DNA of 64,000 bases from the NCBI GenBank assembly GCA_951406725.2, contig OX597825.1, forward strand, positions 63,426,001 through 63,490,000. Reading direction: 5' to 3'. The notes beneath the pieces were generated by a model that saw only the letters and a list, made by a program, of their open reading frames with translations, searched no databases and had not been told where the DNA came from. Of the stretch, positions 1-13,629 are shown piece by piece. The DNA is from Octopus vulgaris (Eukaryota). The first letter of the stretch is position 1. Each line of letters starts with the position of its first letter. The position numbers were made by a program, and so were the translations under genes.

Positions 1-671
1 TTACTCGGGATAGACATGCGGGATGTCGGGGATCTGTTGTGAATTCAATATTCTCCCGAAAATTCTATGAATTCGTGATGCCGTCAGGATCAGACAAGAA
101 GCCGGCTCAACCCACCCTGGGTGAACGCCGGCACATGTACAAGTACAAGTAAGTATTATTCGTTGACAAAAATGGTATTGACAGTGAGTACGAAGTTTTG
201 GCCAGCTAAGCCGCCATTAGCTTGTGGTACATGTGAGTCCCATCTTGTCTCCGACAAGCTAAAATTTTCTTTAATATACTGAGATCTGTTGAATGATAAT
301 TAGATTGTATGATAGATTGTGATGGAGTGGTGCAGTGGAGAGATTTTATTGATTAAATTTGGGCTTCAGTTATTGTTCAGAATTTATTCGTGCATGTATA
401 ACTTTCTAATTAGGTGTGTCTAATTAGGTGTGTCATTTTCAGCTCATAGGGGTTTACAGAAGAATGTAAGTAGGTAGTAGGTTTTAGTTGGTCGGCAGGC
501 CGGTGTTATTTAAGTTGTGCACTTGTCTGTATTAGAAGGTTGGTAGTTACCAATTATATATGTGTATGTGTGTGTGCGTTTCTGTGTGTGTGTGGTGTGT
601 GCGTGCGCGAGTCACTATATACATATATCAACGTGTATCACTCTCTCTCTCTCTCTGTATATGTATATATG

Positions 672-712
<41 letters not shown>

Positions 713-846
713 ATACATATTAAGATCAAAATCAGATAATTTATTTTCGAACGCATAGATGTCATTAGAACAGCAGAAACATTGGGTAAATTACCCTTAC
801 AAAACGGAAAAATTTGTCAACATACAGCTATGGGCACGATAACCAG

Positions 847-987
847 GGTTCAAATTCCGCCGAGGTCGACTTTGCCTTTCATCCTTTACGGGGTCGATTA
901 AATAAGTACCAGTTACACTTGAGGATCGATGCAATCGACTTAATCCCTTCACTCAAATGTGAGGCCTTGCGCCTATAGTAGAGAATA
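847..987 (+). mobile_element. tRNA-derived SINE family A, 5'-truncated copy (short tail)
   Basis: ggttcaaattccgccgaggtcgactttgcctttcatcc...ggggtcgattaaataagtaccag matches the copies at 11291 and 13630; box B-like GTTCAAATTCC. Confidence 0.85.
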
Positions 988-1575
988 TTATTTAATTATC
1001 CAACTGGTGATCAGAGAATCACATCTAGATGGATATATCTAATGATTAACGACTAGAGGCTGCCTTTGCCATTTATCTAACATCACTTACACTTAATCAC
1101 ATCGGAAGACTACCAGTAGGCATAACTCTGAAGCTTCTGTACAAGCAAGTATGTACTATAAGCTTGTTCAGGCAACTGGTTTAACAAGAGTCGCTTCCAT
1201 GCATGTGTTTCGTTATTTTACACTAACCTTAACGATATTTTACTCTTCAGGATATAATTTAGAAATATTTTAGATTTTTCAGGTTGACTTAAACAGAATT
1301 ATTGTAAACTTATATTGATGGTGACTCCATTAAGTCATTGTCTATGGCAGAGAGAGCTGTTGGGGTCAGAGTGAATATGTGGTTAAAAGCACATGCTCAT
1401 CGTTGCGGTTTGAATTTTCTAAATATTAAGTAAATCTGCTATTACCTTTCTTTCCCCACTATTGAACAGAGATATATAATACACACAGACATGCAAGCAA
1501 ACACGCTTACACAATCGGTCGTTCACAAATATACGCATATGGTATAATTTATCTATTTTATCAACATCAACAGCA

Positions 1576-1848
1576 TTCGATTCCCAGACCGGGCGTTGTG
1601 TGTGTTTATTGAGCGAAAACACCTAAAGCTCCACGAAGCTCTTTCGCTCCAACTTTCTCTCGCTCTTTCTTTCTATTTCTTGTCCCCGACTTCCTACGCA
1701 ACCGCTGAGCCTGGATGCGCATTCATCCATCCCTCGATGCTCCTGGTGTCGGGGGTTGACTTGCTTTCTCTTCTGCGGGTCTTACGAATAGCAAAGGACC
1801 ACGTTTCGGACCTCTCCCACGAAGACCTCTTCGCTCAACAAACAAACA
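1576..1848 (+). mobile_element. SINE family C, 5'-truncated, tail type 1
   Basis: Head ttcgattcccagaccgggcgttgtg...gagcgaaaacacctaaagctcc shared with 15652 and 40692; (CAAA)n end; 13-bp TSD aacatcaacagca at 1563-1575 and 1849-1861. Confidence 0.9.
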
Positions 1849-2649
1849 AACATCAACAGCAACTCGACCAACGACACAAACACAGAATTCTGATAAATTC
1901 ATCTTGAATTGTCGTAGAAATATTTTACGAAACAATTCAAATGCTGGAAGAACTTATTTTAAAATAAAATTCTCCCACAATGTGGCTTTACAAGTAAAAG
2001 AGAGATCCTATATTTAGGTGCTCATCTGCTAGAAATAATAGCTAAAATCTCTCAAAACACTCCACTCCACCGATTTACAAAATAGAATTATTAGATAATG
2101 CATTCGTAGGTACTAGACCTCAGAACAAAAAGGTGGGGGTGACTGAAACACCTTTAATATCATGTTTGTTCAAATTGGAATAACTCCAGATCAAGCAAAA
2201 ACAATAACAGTATATTTCGACGGTGTATTCTATTAATTTTCAATTCTTGTGTAGAAGCTGTTTGTCACATATTGAGACATCGGTCGCAGGATATCTCTGT
2301 CTCTGCTGAGCCATCTGGATATCGTTCTAATGACAAAAATATGCACGAGGTTATGCACAGATATACCCCGCATTATGGAAACATTGCGATTCTGAAAGTT
2401 TTACCGCACCGTGGAATTCAGTTACCCGAAATGTTTGCCTCATTTTTATGTGATACTGTAATACTGAAATGAATGGGAAAATATGTTTCAGGTTGCTGAA
2501 TTTCACGCAAAATTTTGAGGCAACGTAATACTTTGGATTGTTTCTGAGAATATGATTAGAAAGAGAAAGTTACAAGCAAAAGCTATTCCAAATGGGTATG
2601 AATAGTCTCCAAGAATGCTGGAATGGTAAGTGCGAAAAGCATTTTATTT

Positions 2650-3237
2650 TATTACTCTTTTACTTGTTTCAGTCATTTGACTGTGACCATGCTGGAGCAC
2701 CGCCTTTAGTCGAGCAAATCGACCCCAGGATTTATTCTTTGTAAGACTAGTACTTATTCTATCGGTCTCTTTTACCGAACTGCTAAGTTACGGGGTCGTA
2801 AACACACCAGCATCGGTTGTCAAGCAATGCTAGGGGACCAAACACAGACACACAAACATATATACACACATACATATATATATATACATATATACGACGG
2901 GCTTCTTTCAGTTTCCGTCTACCAAATCCACCCAAAAGGCTTTGGTCGGCCCGAGGCTATAGTAGAAGACACTTGCCAAAGGTACCACGCAGTGGGACTG
3001 AACCCGGAACCATGTGGTTGGTAAGCAAGCTACTTTATTTCAAAAATTTTTGCCACTAGGGCAGCACACAGAGTAGCTACGGGCTGGACAAGGACATTAA
3101 TGAATGATGGTGATGGATGAAGATGGTGATGGGAGAAGACAAAAGCGCCCGCCGACTTTCGCTTCTCTAAAACATTGTTCAAAATTAACATTCAGTACAA
3201 TAAAGCAAGCTACTTACCACACAGCCACTCCTACGCA
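2650..3237 (-). mobile_element. tRNA-derived SINE family B (CORE-like segment), interrupted by an insertion at 3036-3202
   Basis: Reverse complement of the 22024-22425 copy; the head resumes at 3203 after the insert. Confidence 0.9.
3036..3202 (-). mobile_element. 5'-truncated non-LTR retro-insert inside the SINE B head
   Basis: 13-bp TSD aagcaagctactt at 3023-3035 and 3203-3215; minus-strand 3' end ...gccctagtggcaaaaatttttgaaata resembles the SINE A tail. Confidence 0.75.
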
Positions 3238-6200
3238 TAAGATTTCACTGCTTATGTTGTAATAACAAAATATTTTCTCTAAGACGAAAGCTGATTTCTA
3301 TTAAGAAAATGATAGCCAATTAATTTGATCCAGCATATTAATTGGGCAAATTTTATCAAACTTGAAGAGAGAAAAAGCAAATTTTATCGTTACATTTCGT
3401 GTAAGAAGAAGGAAGTACGAACCTGTCATAAAAATATGTATGCGATACCACTCTTATTTGTTTTCCGTTTTATTAAAGAAATGTTTCTTTTACTATTTAT
3501 GCAGTCAAAATTTTGGCTAGTTCAAAGCGCATTCTAAAATTACTCTAATTTTCCTTCTTAGTGCCTTAATTCTCATCCATATTCATTGCCACCAAGAAGA
3601 GGTAGATGACAACTGCACTTATTTGTTAAGGGTAACCCTTAGAATTATCATTACTAATAAGGGAATTAATAGCATTCTTATAATTGATAATAATATTTGT
3701 ACAGTTACTTTTTTAATGTTCCGGTTTTAGATCAAAACTTCCTTAACGCTCACATTCCTTTACTACTTCGTTCCTTTACTATCCGTAATATACCCACAAC
3801 AAAATTACAGTTTAATTGGTCAAAGACTAGTATTAATCTGATAAATTTGCATACATACATAATACATACTTACATAATTTGATTCGAAGACTACAGACCC
3901 AAGCCATCACTGGAACTGAAAAGATCTGTAAAACTTACCAAAATGTTATCATTTAAGTATATATGAGGATGCCTAGACATGCAGCTATATGCATGAGAAT
4001 AAATGCAGAAAACAACGCATAAAAACTGCACATGTACATCCATGCAAATATATCCTGTTGTTGATGTTGAAATTCCAATGAAGGACCCTTGAATATAGGT
4101 TAGAAACCAACTCATTATTGTCAAGAAATCTTAAAATAAAACTGAATAATTATATACGTACTTACATACATACATGCATGCATACATACATACATACATA
4201 CATACATACATACATACATACATACATACATACATACATCTAGCTGTCCAGATAAGTCTTAGGCCGGGACCTCTTCAGATGTAGTTCAATAAATTACTTG
4301 TTTCACAACTCTTTATTGTTCGTGTAACAAATCTGAGACTAGATTGTGACTGTTAGTAAACTTAAAACAATGTACAACTACTCTTTTGTTAAAAATACTT
4401 TCTCTGACGTAAGGAAGGAACAATGTTCTACCAGCAATTGTAAAAAGTTATAATTTTGTTTTACTCAATAGGAAAACGACAGTGTGTTACATATTTGTTT
4501 GAATAAATTTGTTATATATTAGGTTAGAATAAAAATTATAGTACAATATATCTAGAAAGGAATTAGTAGCACTATCACAATACTGGAAAATTCAGAAAAC
4601 TGAGTGAATGAAATTATCCTTATCTTTATTTTATGCTTCAGGAAGTAAAAGCAACTTTCCTTCTAAATCGTAAACATATGAGTATTAACTCAATATTTTG
4701 AACCAAGAGGCAAGCGACTATAATTACATTAACAAATAATATTTTCTGACAGATTAACCCTTTAGTAGACTAGGAATATTACTAATACGAAGAAATACTT
4801 CACTGATAGTTCTCCAGGCAGACTTTCAAAATGGATAGGCCCCGTTCTTCAGTAGTTTTTATTTGAATGATTATTAACGTAGTTTTGTTTGAAGAAGAGA
4901 GATCAAGAATAAATGTTGCATGCTCTAACTGGTAAACCGACTAGCTAAAACCATCGTTATTTTGAGACAAAAGCTTGCTTTAAATAAAGTAGTCACTATC
5001 GAAGTAGTTGCAAACTTCAAGACTCTCCTTCCACTGATTCGCCTCCCAAATACTTTATAATTATATCTAACATGGAAACATACTAACTCCCATACTAATA
5101 TTTCATCTTTGAACTATTGCACACTTTATTCTTCTATGATAAAACTACATTTTATTTTTCTACGCAAGTGACCTTTAAATCATTTATTTGATAGCGTATG
5201 TTTCTGAGAACTCTCATATTCAGAATGCTAGAAGCAGTCATCATTTCTTGGAAACTTTTCTTCCATTCAATTACGTTTCGTAGACGTAAAAAGTAGAAAT
5301 GCTTCTGTACAAGAAGTTGATTTTCTTTCCTGTCGAATGTCTTGGTAATTCTGAAAGAAAGAAAATTTCAAGTTAAAAAATCATTTTGGGTTGTATCATA
5401 TTAGTGTTTTTATCAGAAAATTGGTTCCTTTACCGAGTTCTTCAAATGATTAGCTTGTATATAATTCTTCTGGTTTTTCAATAACTGTTGGATAAGAATA
5501 GTTACTTTAGATAAGTCTATTGATTGGTAATACATTTGTAACTAAAAATAGCGTCACCGATGACCAATTACATTTCTTCAATTGCACCATTTCTCATTAA
5601 TAATTGCTGATAAGAAAACAAATTTATCTTCTTCAAGCTATCCTGTGTCTAGTAATGTAAGAACAGACATTGTATAGAAGCACACTTACCATTTCAATAC
5701 AATCTTTGATGAATATAAAGCAACATTAAATGTTGTCAGAACAATATGAAACTGCTCTAATATTTTGGCATTATGTTAACTAGTTTTACAATTTGATGTC
5801 TACTGCTGATTACTATTACAATTAGAAGAAAAGAAACGAATATGATGATTTGAATAAGCAGCACGATCTATCATAAGCGCAAATACTACAACGATTATTT
5901 GATTTGAAGAGTTTTCCATTGATTCTATAAGATGTTCGATGAATTGGTGGAAGCTTTTATGAATTAGTGTGTCATAGAATCAAGATCTCCTTTGTTACTT
6001 GAGTGATAATATTTTCCAGACAATGACTCTATCTTCTAACATGGCCATCTTTTCTCACACCCTTCCTTGGCCATTCGTTTTAATAACAATCCTTTTACAT
6101 ACACATATAACGCATATGGATGCCTGTTAACATACATACATGCATACATGCACACACACATATACACAGATAAACACCGTAATCACTGTCAACATTTTCC

Positions 6201-6619
6201 TTGTAAGAGTTGATAAAATATGTACGCTGCCAAAAAGTAGAGTAATTTTTCGCATTTACATACAAAATAGCTCGTGATGGGTGCCTGCGAATTTAATAGT
6301 GAAATAGGCGCTATGATACTTCATGTAGTAATAAAACCCCTTAGATTTATTTCATTAGTTAAGAAAGTAGTAATTTTTTCTAAATAAATAAATCTAATTT
6401 TAAAAAGACATTGGGAGAAACATTCGATATTTCAAAGTACCAACATTTATTACAAATTACATTTAGTGGAGTAGGGACGTCTTACCTTTAGGCATACAGA
6501 CAGACACAGACATATATATGTATATATAGATGCATATGTAAATATATATAGATATATGCATATATATGCATGTATATGTGTATATATATATGTATTTATA
6601 TCATAGATATTTGTATATA

Positions 6620-6683
<64 letters not shown>

Positions 6684-6702
6684 TATGAATATGTTTATTC
6701 AT

Positions 6703-6855
6703 AGGCGCAGTCGTGGCTGTGTGCTAAGACGCTTGCTTGCCAACCACATAGTTACGGGTTTAATCCCTGGGCAAATGTCTTCAACAATAGCGTTGTGCCG
6801 ACTAAAGACATGTCGGTGGAATTGGTTGATGGAAACTGAAAAAAGTCTGTCCTAT
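6703..6855 (+). mobile_element. SINE family B, diverged 5' half
   Basis: ggcgcagtcgtggctgtgtg...ccaaccacatagttacgggtt...gggcaaatgtctt...ggaaactgaaa. Confidence 0.75.
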
Positions 6856-7166
6856 ATTATAATAATATGTTAGTATTATTTAATTTCTGGACGGGTTTGC
6901 TGCCGTTTGTTGTTGTAGTTTGATTTTTTATCCATCAGTTTCTACTTAATTAGAGACGCGGGTAAATTTAATTATAGAAGAACGAAAATAAAACGTTGGA
7001 AATAGCCTAAAGGGAGATAATTGAAAAAGACTTGAAAGTCAACGTAAGATCGCAATCATGTAACGTAAATATAGCAAATAATCCTGAATCCTTTTCCGGT
7101 ACCGCCCGGTAGTGCATTGAAAGCACATGATAGAAATATGACTACTGAATAATAATAAGAAGAATA

Positions 7167-7594
7167 CTTTCTACTGAGGGTACAAGGCCTTGAAATTTTG
7201 GCCCGGGGACTAGTCGATTACATCGACCCCAGTGTTTCATTGGTACACAATTTATCGATCTCGAAAGAATGAATGGAAAAGTCAACCTCGGCGGAATTTG
7301 AACTCAGAATGTTGCTAAGCATTTTCCCAGTACGGTAACGATTCTGCCAACTCGCCGCCTTAATGATAATAGTGATAATCCTTTTTATTATAAGCACAAA
7401 GCCTAAAAGTTTTGGGGGCGAGGACTAGTCGATTACATCGGTCCCAATGTTTCACTGATACTTAATTTATAGACCCCGAATGGATGAAAAGCGAAGACGA
7501 CGTCGGCGAAATTTGAACTCAGATCGTAACGACGGACGAAATGCCACTAAGCGTTTTGCCCGGTGTGGTAAAGATTCTGCCACTTCGCCGCCTT
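7167..7594 (-). mobile_element. Two tandem SINE family A copies
   Basis: Two successive reverse-complement copies (about 7167-7361 and 7381-7594), each ending ...cgccgcctt on the + strand. Confidence 0.85.
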
Positions 7595-7639
7595 AATATT
7601 AATAACAACAACAACAACAATAATAATAATAATTATCAT

Positions 7640-7905
7640 TATAGTTACAATAATAATAATTTCATTTATTGGCCACCAGGGCCGATATATAGGGAATAAT
7701 ACAGTAGACGGGGACAGTGGTTGTTTTACACAAAACAGTTAGAAAAACAATACCAACAGATATTAAACAACTGCATTATAACAATGAAAAATCCCCAGTA
7801 GGGGGAATAACCACCAAGGGTTTGTTCAGGTACACCACGAATTCTGAACAATCTGACGCTTTGAGGGTACTGGGGAAGGGTATCTCTCCCCTCCTCAAAT
7901 TCGCA
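7640..7905 (-). mobile_element. Probable 3' end of a LINE with a SINE-A-like tail
   Basis: Minus strand ends ctgtccccgtc...ggccctggtggccaataaatgaaatt followed by (TTA)n. Confidence 0.4.
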
Positions 7906-8699
7906 TTAAAATTATATAGGTGCCCCTATGTTACAAATACATAAGAAAAATCACAATAACCTCATTATAATATTATACTTAACTATAACCTCCTTTGCCC
8001 ATTAATCTTCTCACGAATTAAATTTCCTGCACAAAATATCCCCGATGAACATAACCTGTGACAAACCATCCTTAAAATAGTCTCCTGTCAAATACAGCAA
8101 ACCCCCAAATTAATACTGCTAACATAACTCCTGTATGTCCAAGAGAACTCAATCACCACCTCAATAAATTACTATTGCAGAAACAAATAAATATTTATTG
8201 TCATTATCAAGCAAAATCAGTCTGGTTAGATGAGACTGATGAAGGTGTCCCTTTTAAATTACAGGCACAATTCACAGGACCGTATTCTACACAATTTTCC
8301 TCAGTCTAATTTGACTTGTAATGAAAGGGATTACCCGAGGTTATAAAAGATTATTTATGCACATGATGACAGGTAATGTAGAAAAACTGGAGATTTCTTA
8401 AACATTCAATTTTACTTTTACAATAAGAATGATACATATATATCATTTTCTATACATCAAAAAGCTATTGATGTTACAATAAGCACGCAATTTTAAAACA
8501 CAGAGCGCATTTTATAAAATACATAGAACTAAAGGCAATACACACTAGAAACCCCTAAAAGAAACACAAAATATTACAAAATATTTAATATACAAAGCAC
8601 AGCTCTTGATTTCAAGAAAATAGTGCTGCGAGCATATTATATACACTAATGTACAACAAGAGGTGCAGGAAATTCTTGCTTAACTCCATTGAAATAGTA

Positions 8700-8708
8700 G
8701 TAATGATG

Positions 8709-8744
<36 letters not shown>

Positions 8745-8765
8745 TTCATAATAATAATAATATTC

Positions 8766-8803
<38 letters not shown>

Positions 8804-8804
8804 C

Positions 8805-8852
<48 letters not shown>

Positions 8853-9007
8853 CTCTGAACGAGGTATAAACAGTAGCTGCACGACAATGTGAAGTATATT
8901 TGCCACTTACATGTGGCTAATCACTAAGGGTGGATGCTACTGTAGCTTGTAGCCCCAGGAGAACATCTTCTCCAGCTGGCTATTGACACACCTTCTGTGC
9001 CCTATCA

Positions 9008-9064
<57 letters not shown>

Positions 9065-9095
9065 TAAAATAATAGTGATAATAATAATAACAACA
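8700..9095. repeat. (TAA)n microsatellites flanking a ~155-bp island (8852-9008)
   Basis: Directly visible tracts on both sides of a unique segment. Confidence 0.85.
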
Positions 9096-9381
9096 ACAAC
9101 AATAAGCATTGTAATCCACAAACACAAGACACACGTTATATAGCATTACATCCAATAAAATAAACTACCACAAGCAGGACCCAATCCATCGTATTACACA
9201 CAACACACAATACAAACACTAATACAACAAAAGACTGCACTACACCCCATAAAAAAGGAAATGACGGAAAGATCTTGCACTCGCCCAACAACAAAAAGGA
9301 ACACACTATACTGCAGTCATCACAGTAACACGGAGGTGTACCAGGTGCTGCAGTAGAAATCTGCCTGAAACTATCAAATAT

Positions 9382-9418
<37 letters not shown>

Positions 9419-9420
9419 TA

Positions 9421-9800
9421 CTTTCTAATATAGGTATAAGGCTTGAAATTTGAGGGAGGGGGATAGACGATTACATCGATCCCAGTATTCAAATGATACT
9501 TAATTTATCGGCCCTGAAAGGCAAAGTATACATCGGCGGGAATCGAACTCAAAACGCAAAGAGAGGCGAAATGCCGTTAGGCATTTCGCCCGGCGTGTTA
9601 GCGATTCTGCCAGTTCGATGTCTTAGTGCGAATAATAATTCTTTCTACTATAAGCACAAACCTGTAATTTTAGGGAAGGGGGTTAGTCGATTAAATCACC
9701 CCCAGTATCCAGCTGGTGCTAATTTTATCGCCCGTGAAATGGATGAAGGGCTAAGTTGACCTTGAGAGAATTTGAACTTAGAGTGTAAAGGCGGACGCCG
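9421..9800 (-). mobile_element. Two tandem diverged SINE family A copies
   Basis: gtcgattacatcga...cccag...aatttatcg...gaaaggcaaag motifs occur twice. Confidence 0.8.
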
Positions 9801-9997
9801 TCATCCCAGCAAACTTTTCCTTTCCCGTGATCTCGCACCCACTATATACTTTGTCATCGTCACTACCTTTTATGCTATTGTTGCCGTTGCTGATGTCTTT
9901 GTTGTTGTTGCTACTGCAGCCCGTGTTGCTGTCATTGTTGTTGTATGAGTAGATTTTCTTATTACTTCTAAGTTTAATCTGTTGTTGAGCGTCGTCG

Positions 9998-10421
9998 GGA
10001 TCTTTTCGGTTTGAACAGCAGTTTTTTAGAATAAGTTCCACGTAACTAAACACTTTTAAACTTCGTATACTGGCAGAATGTGTTTATAAAACATCTTTTT
10101 CTCTTGGCTTTATTGAGAAAATTCTATAGTTTGTAAGATATTTGTTGTTTTTCTTCTTCAATTTCTGCAATTTCAACCAATCAATGACGTCTATTGAGGT
10201 GAAAATATTCAGTGCCGTATCAATATGTCCCTCGTTTAAGAAACAGATTGGGTTTGTTTACATTTCTGAAGAAAAAAATACCCTTCCCCCCACCCCTAAC
10301 CCTAACTAACCCTAACTCTAAAACAGACTGAAATGCAATAGATCGATACTAAGGTCATAATTATGGGTGACAATTTCATATGACACCGCTAGAAAAACTG
10401 CCGTTCAAACCGAAATGATCC
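9998..10421. mobile_element. MITE, Merlin-like (GG termini, 8-bp TSD)
   Basis: ~32-bp TIRs ggatcttttcggtttgaacagcagtttttt / aaaaactgccgttcaaaccgaaatgatcc; TSD cgtcgtcg (9990-9997) and tgtcgtcg (10422-10429); superfamily inferred from termini and TSD length. Confidence 0.85.
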
Positions 10422-11290
10422 TGTCGTCGCTATATTCCAATTACGCGGAAAGAAAAACAACCAAAAGCAACTAAATGTTATGAAAATTTCGCCCTAAAAG
10501 GGACAATATAGCAATCTCTCCCTTCACTTAGAGAAATAAGGATTCCTCATTTAAATTTTCAGCAAAATATTTGCAACAGTAAACAAATTATTCCAACAAA
10601 ATTTAGCAAGTTTCCGGGAGTCAATGCGAAGCACGTCCAAACCAAATGACAACAAATGCAACAACTACAAAAATAAAACTAACTACGGTAACAACAACAG
10701 CGTTCAATTATGGACACTGTTGCAAAAACAAATTCGCCTACGCTTTTAAATACTTCATGGCATATAAAATATTTGACGATAGTTAAGTCTTTTGTCTTCA
10801 AGAGAAATGCTATATGAAACATTCCATTCAATTATAATACATTTGTGAACGTTTGGTAAATATTTATGTTCCGAAAGGAATGTTGATTGAATAGTTAAAG
10901 TACAAAATATAGCTAACATAACATCTCTGATTTCAAACATTCCCATTTGTATTATTTCGCCGATTCAGTAGACAAGGTAGAATATTCCATTTACCTCAGG
11001 CAATGTATCAAAAGATATTCCACTGTTGCTATTATTCATGTTCAGTTATTGTGGTGGTTGTATAGATCTAGTTGACTCTGCATCGACAGAATTTATCATC
11101 CTGGAAATGATTGAAGAGAATGAAGCTTTCCATCAGGTTCATATCCAGCCGTGTCTATTCAGGTATGTTATACGATTTGAAACTGGCCATAACCTACTCA
11201 AATGAGCTGTACCGTATTTGTCGAAGAGTAATAATCCAAAGTGTCTGATTGTTTACTTACTCATCTCTCCAATAGAATTTAATAAAACCA

Positions 11291-11525
11291 AGGCGGGGAC
11301 CTGGCAGAAACGTTAGCACACCGGGCCAAATGCTTGGCAGTATTTCGTCTGCCGTTACGTTCTGACTTCAAATTCCGCCGAGGTCGTCTTTGCCTTTCAT
11401 CCTTTCGGGGTCGATAAATTTAAGTACCAGTTACGCACTGGGGTCGATGTAATTGACTTAATCCCTTTGTCTGTCCTTGTTTGTCCCCTGTTTGTTTAGC
11501 CCCTTGTGGGCAATAAAGAAACAAA
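11291..11525 (+). mobile_element. SINE family A, full length (long tail)
   Basis: tRNA-like head with box A/B; tail ccccttgtgggcaataaagaaa; 15-bp TSD aatttaataaaacca at 11276-11290 and 11526-11540. Confidence 0.92.
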
Positions 11526-12039
11526 AATTTAATAAAACCATTCCCTGAACTCTCTCACGAAGAACCTAAAATGATTGCTAAGTCTGTTGCTTTGGGGGAG
11601 TTTCTCGAAATACAGGCAGCGAATTAGCAGATTCATAAAAGTATATGACCAAATAATATCCAATGTTTTTTTCTTCTACCTGTGTTTTGGGATCGGGCGC
11701 AACAGATTAGAGTTACTTTTCATTCTATTGAGGAAAGACATGATAAAAATAAAAGCCGATAATAGCAAATTTCTTCAAACGTCGGACAAGACGCCTCATC
11801 TGAAGTGTTCCGAGTTTTTTTATGTTACCAGTTCCTGGGTATTACATTTAATTTGTCAACCGATTTAGCATCCCGCATTTGTGCTTGCTGGACTGATGGT
11901 GGAATGCATTCTACTGCGCCCCATTTAAATACAATATAGTCTCTTCCTAATGGTTTCCTTAGAGTACCTTGAAAGAAAATCATGGATATGAGCGCCGCTC
12001 TTCCTTCTGTAAGAGGTAAAGTTATATTATATTGAAATG

Positions 12040-12610
12040 TAACGATGATGTCGTGAAACAGCAGTGCCATGTGATATGTGAACAGTGTGGCAGTTTTAAA
12101 ATGTGACACTAATATAATGTAACAGTGGTATAGTGTGATAGCGATACAGTGTAACGACATGTGTCTGTGTGCCAACTGCGCAGAGTGACAGTGGTATAGT
12201 ATTGGTGTAGTAACAAGGATTCAGTGTGCCAGCTGTAGAATGTGACAGGGATTGAGTGTAAGGGCGGAACAATGCGACAGCTGTCTAGTTTGACAGCGTT
12301 ACAGTTTCATAGAGATTCAGCGTGATATCGGTAGAGTGTAGCAGGGATTTAGTCCCACGAGGATTCAGTGTGACAGTGGTTTAGTGTGATAGTGGAGCAG
12401 TGACAGTGGTGTAATATGATAGCATTTCAGAGTGACAACGGTCGAGCGTGCCGGCGCTGCGTAATGATAATAGCGTAGTGTGACGCAGGTGCAGTGTGAT
12501 TGACAGGCAGCGTAACTGTAGAATACAATGACATCCGTGGTGTAATACCAGTAAACGGAGACACTGGTGCAGTGTAGCAATGCTGCATTGTGACAGTGGG
12601 GCGGTGTGAC
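12040..12610. repeat. Degenerate ~15-bp minisatellite (agtgtgacagtggt[a/t]-like)
   Basis: Recurrent gtgacagtgg/gtgtgacag/gtgtaac motifs at about 15-bp spacing. Confidence 0.65.
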
Positions 12611-12710
12611 CTTTTATATCATATTGGTTTACACATTGAGTAATTCCAAATAATTCAATAAATTTAATTTTTGTTAAAGCTTTGATTAATTCCTGAAACA
12701 GATCAAGCAA

Positions 12711-12711
<1 letters not shown>

Positions 12712-12776
<65 letters not shown>

Positions 12777-12790
12777 GAGAGAGACAGACA
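12712..12790. repeat. (AG)n microsatellite
   Basis: Directly visible. Confidence 0.95.
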
Positions 12791-13629
12791 GTTAGAGGCA
12801 GCGACAAAAGGACGCTTCCTAAACAAATTCTCAGGTAAGAGCAATTAGATCACATAAGGAATCCAACGGATCCGATAATGATTTGGGAGACCAAGACACG
12901 CATAAGTATTTTTATTAATTAATCACTTTCGTTTCATGATTAGTTTACATCAAGTAAAGTCAAATATTAGGTTGTTCCTATTTTCGCCGAGCGAATACGA
13001 TCAGCTCTGATAGTGCAAGGTTAGGAATGAATATGTAACCAAGACCTTAGTATAACTTTTAGGCCTTACAAAAAAATATACATTCTGCGCTGAGGCGAGG
13101 CTATACACTGGACGCATTGCGTATCGATCAGCTCCACATAAAAACTGAAGGAGAGAGAGAGAACTCATTGAATAATTTTGCATCCTCAACCAACTCCAAA
13201 AATATTGAAATTGGCCTTAAAATGTCTAAAATAAGAAACATACACTATTAGACCATATTGTATCAAAAGCCAAATCTTCCTCAAAATACGTTATGCTGAC
13301 TTATATAGTGTTAAAAGAGGGCCATATGATTTAACATAGTCTATTAACACCATATTAGGTGTGAGGAAAATATGTCAGTTGTCACAGCTAGAATAACTTC
13401 GATGATAAGTGCTGATGATCAAGATTGACGTCGGCTCTCTAAAACCTTAGTTTAGAACCCTCTGCCCTCAACATTGTTTTTCTTTCTCTCTGGGTAGATA
13501 AATATATAATTGGAAACAATTTTCCATTATGCACACTATGATAATTGACAATTGTGTAGGTAGTATTGTTTTAGAAATCGCCTGAATTCAGTGGGGGACA
13601 AGTGCACACCAACAATATTTTGATGCCAT

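Noticed and set aside
270-540. Possible GIY-YIG C-terminal remnant on the minus strand (LKPKFN)
   Set aside because: Similarity too short and frameshifted to support
1195-1255. Minus-strand CTGAAGA g...c GAAA CACATG
   Set aside because: Stems I and II do not pair convincingly; may be chance or too decayed
8236-8260. CTGATGA followed by a small hairpin
   Set aside because: No GAAA box or stem I partner
12040-12610. Regularly spaced repeats as a possible CRISPR-like array
   Set aside because: Eukaryotic context, degenerate 15-bp period, no unique spacers or cas genes
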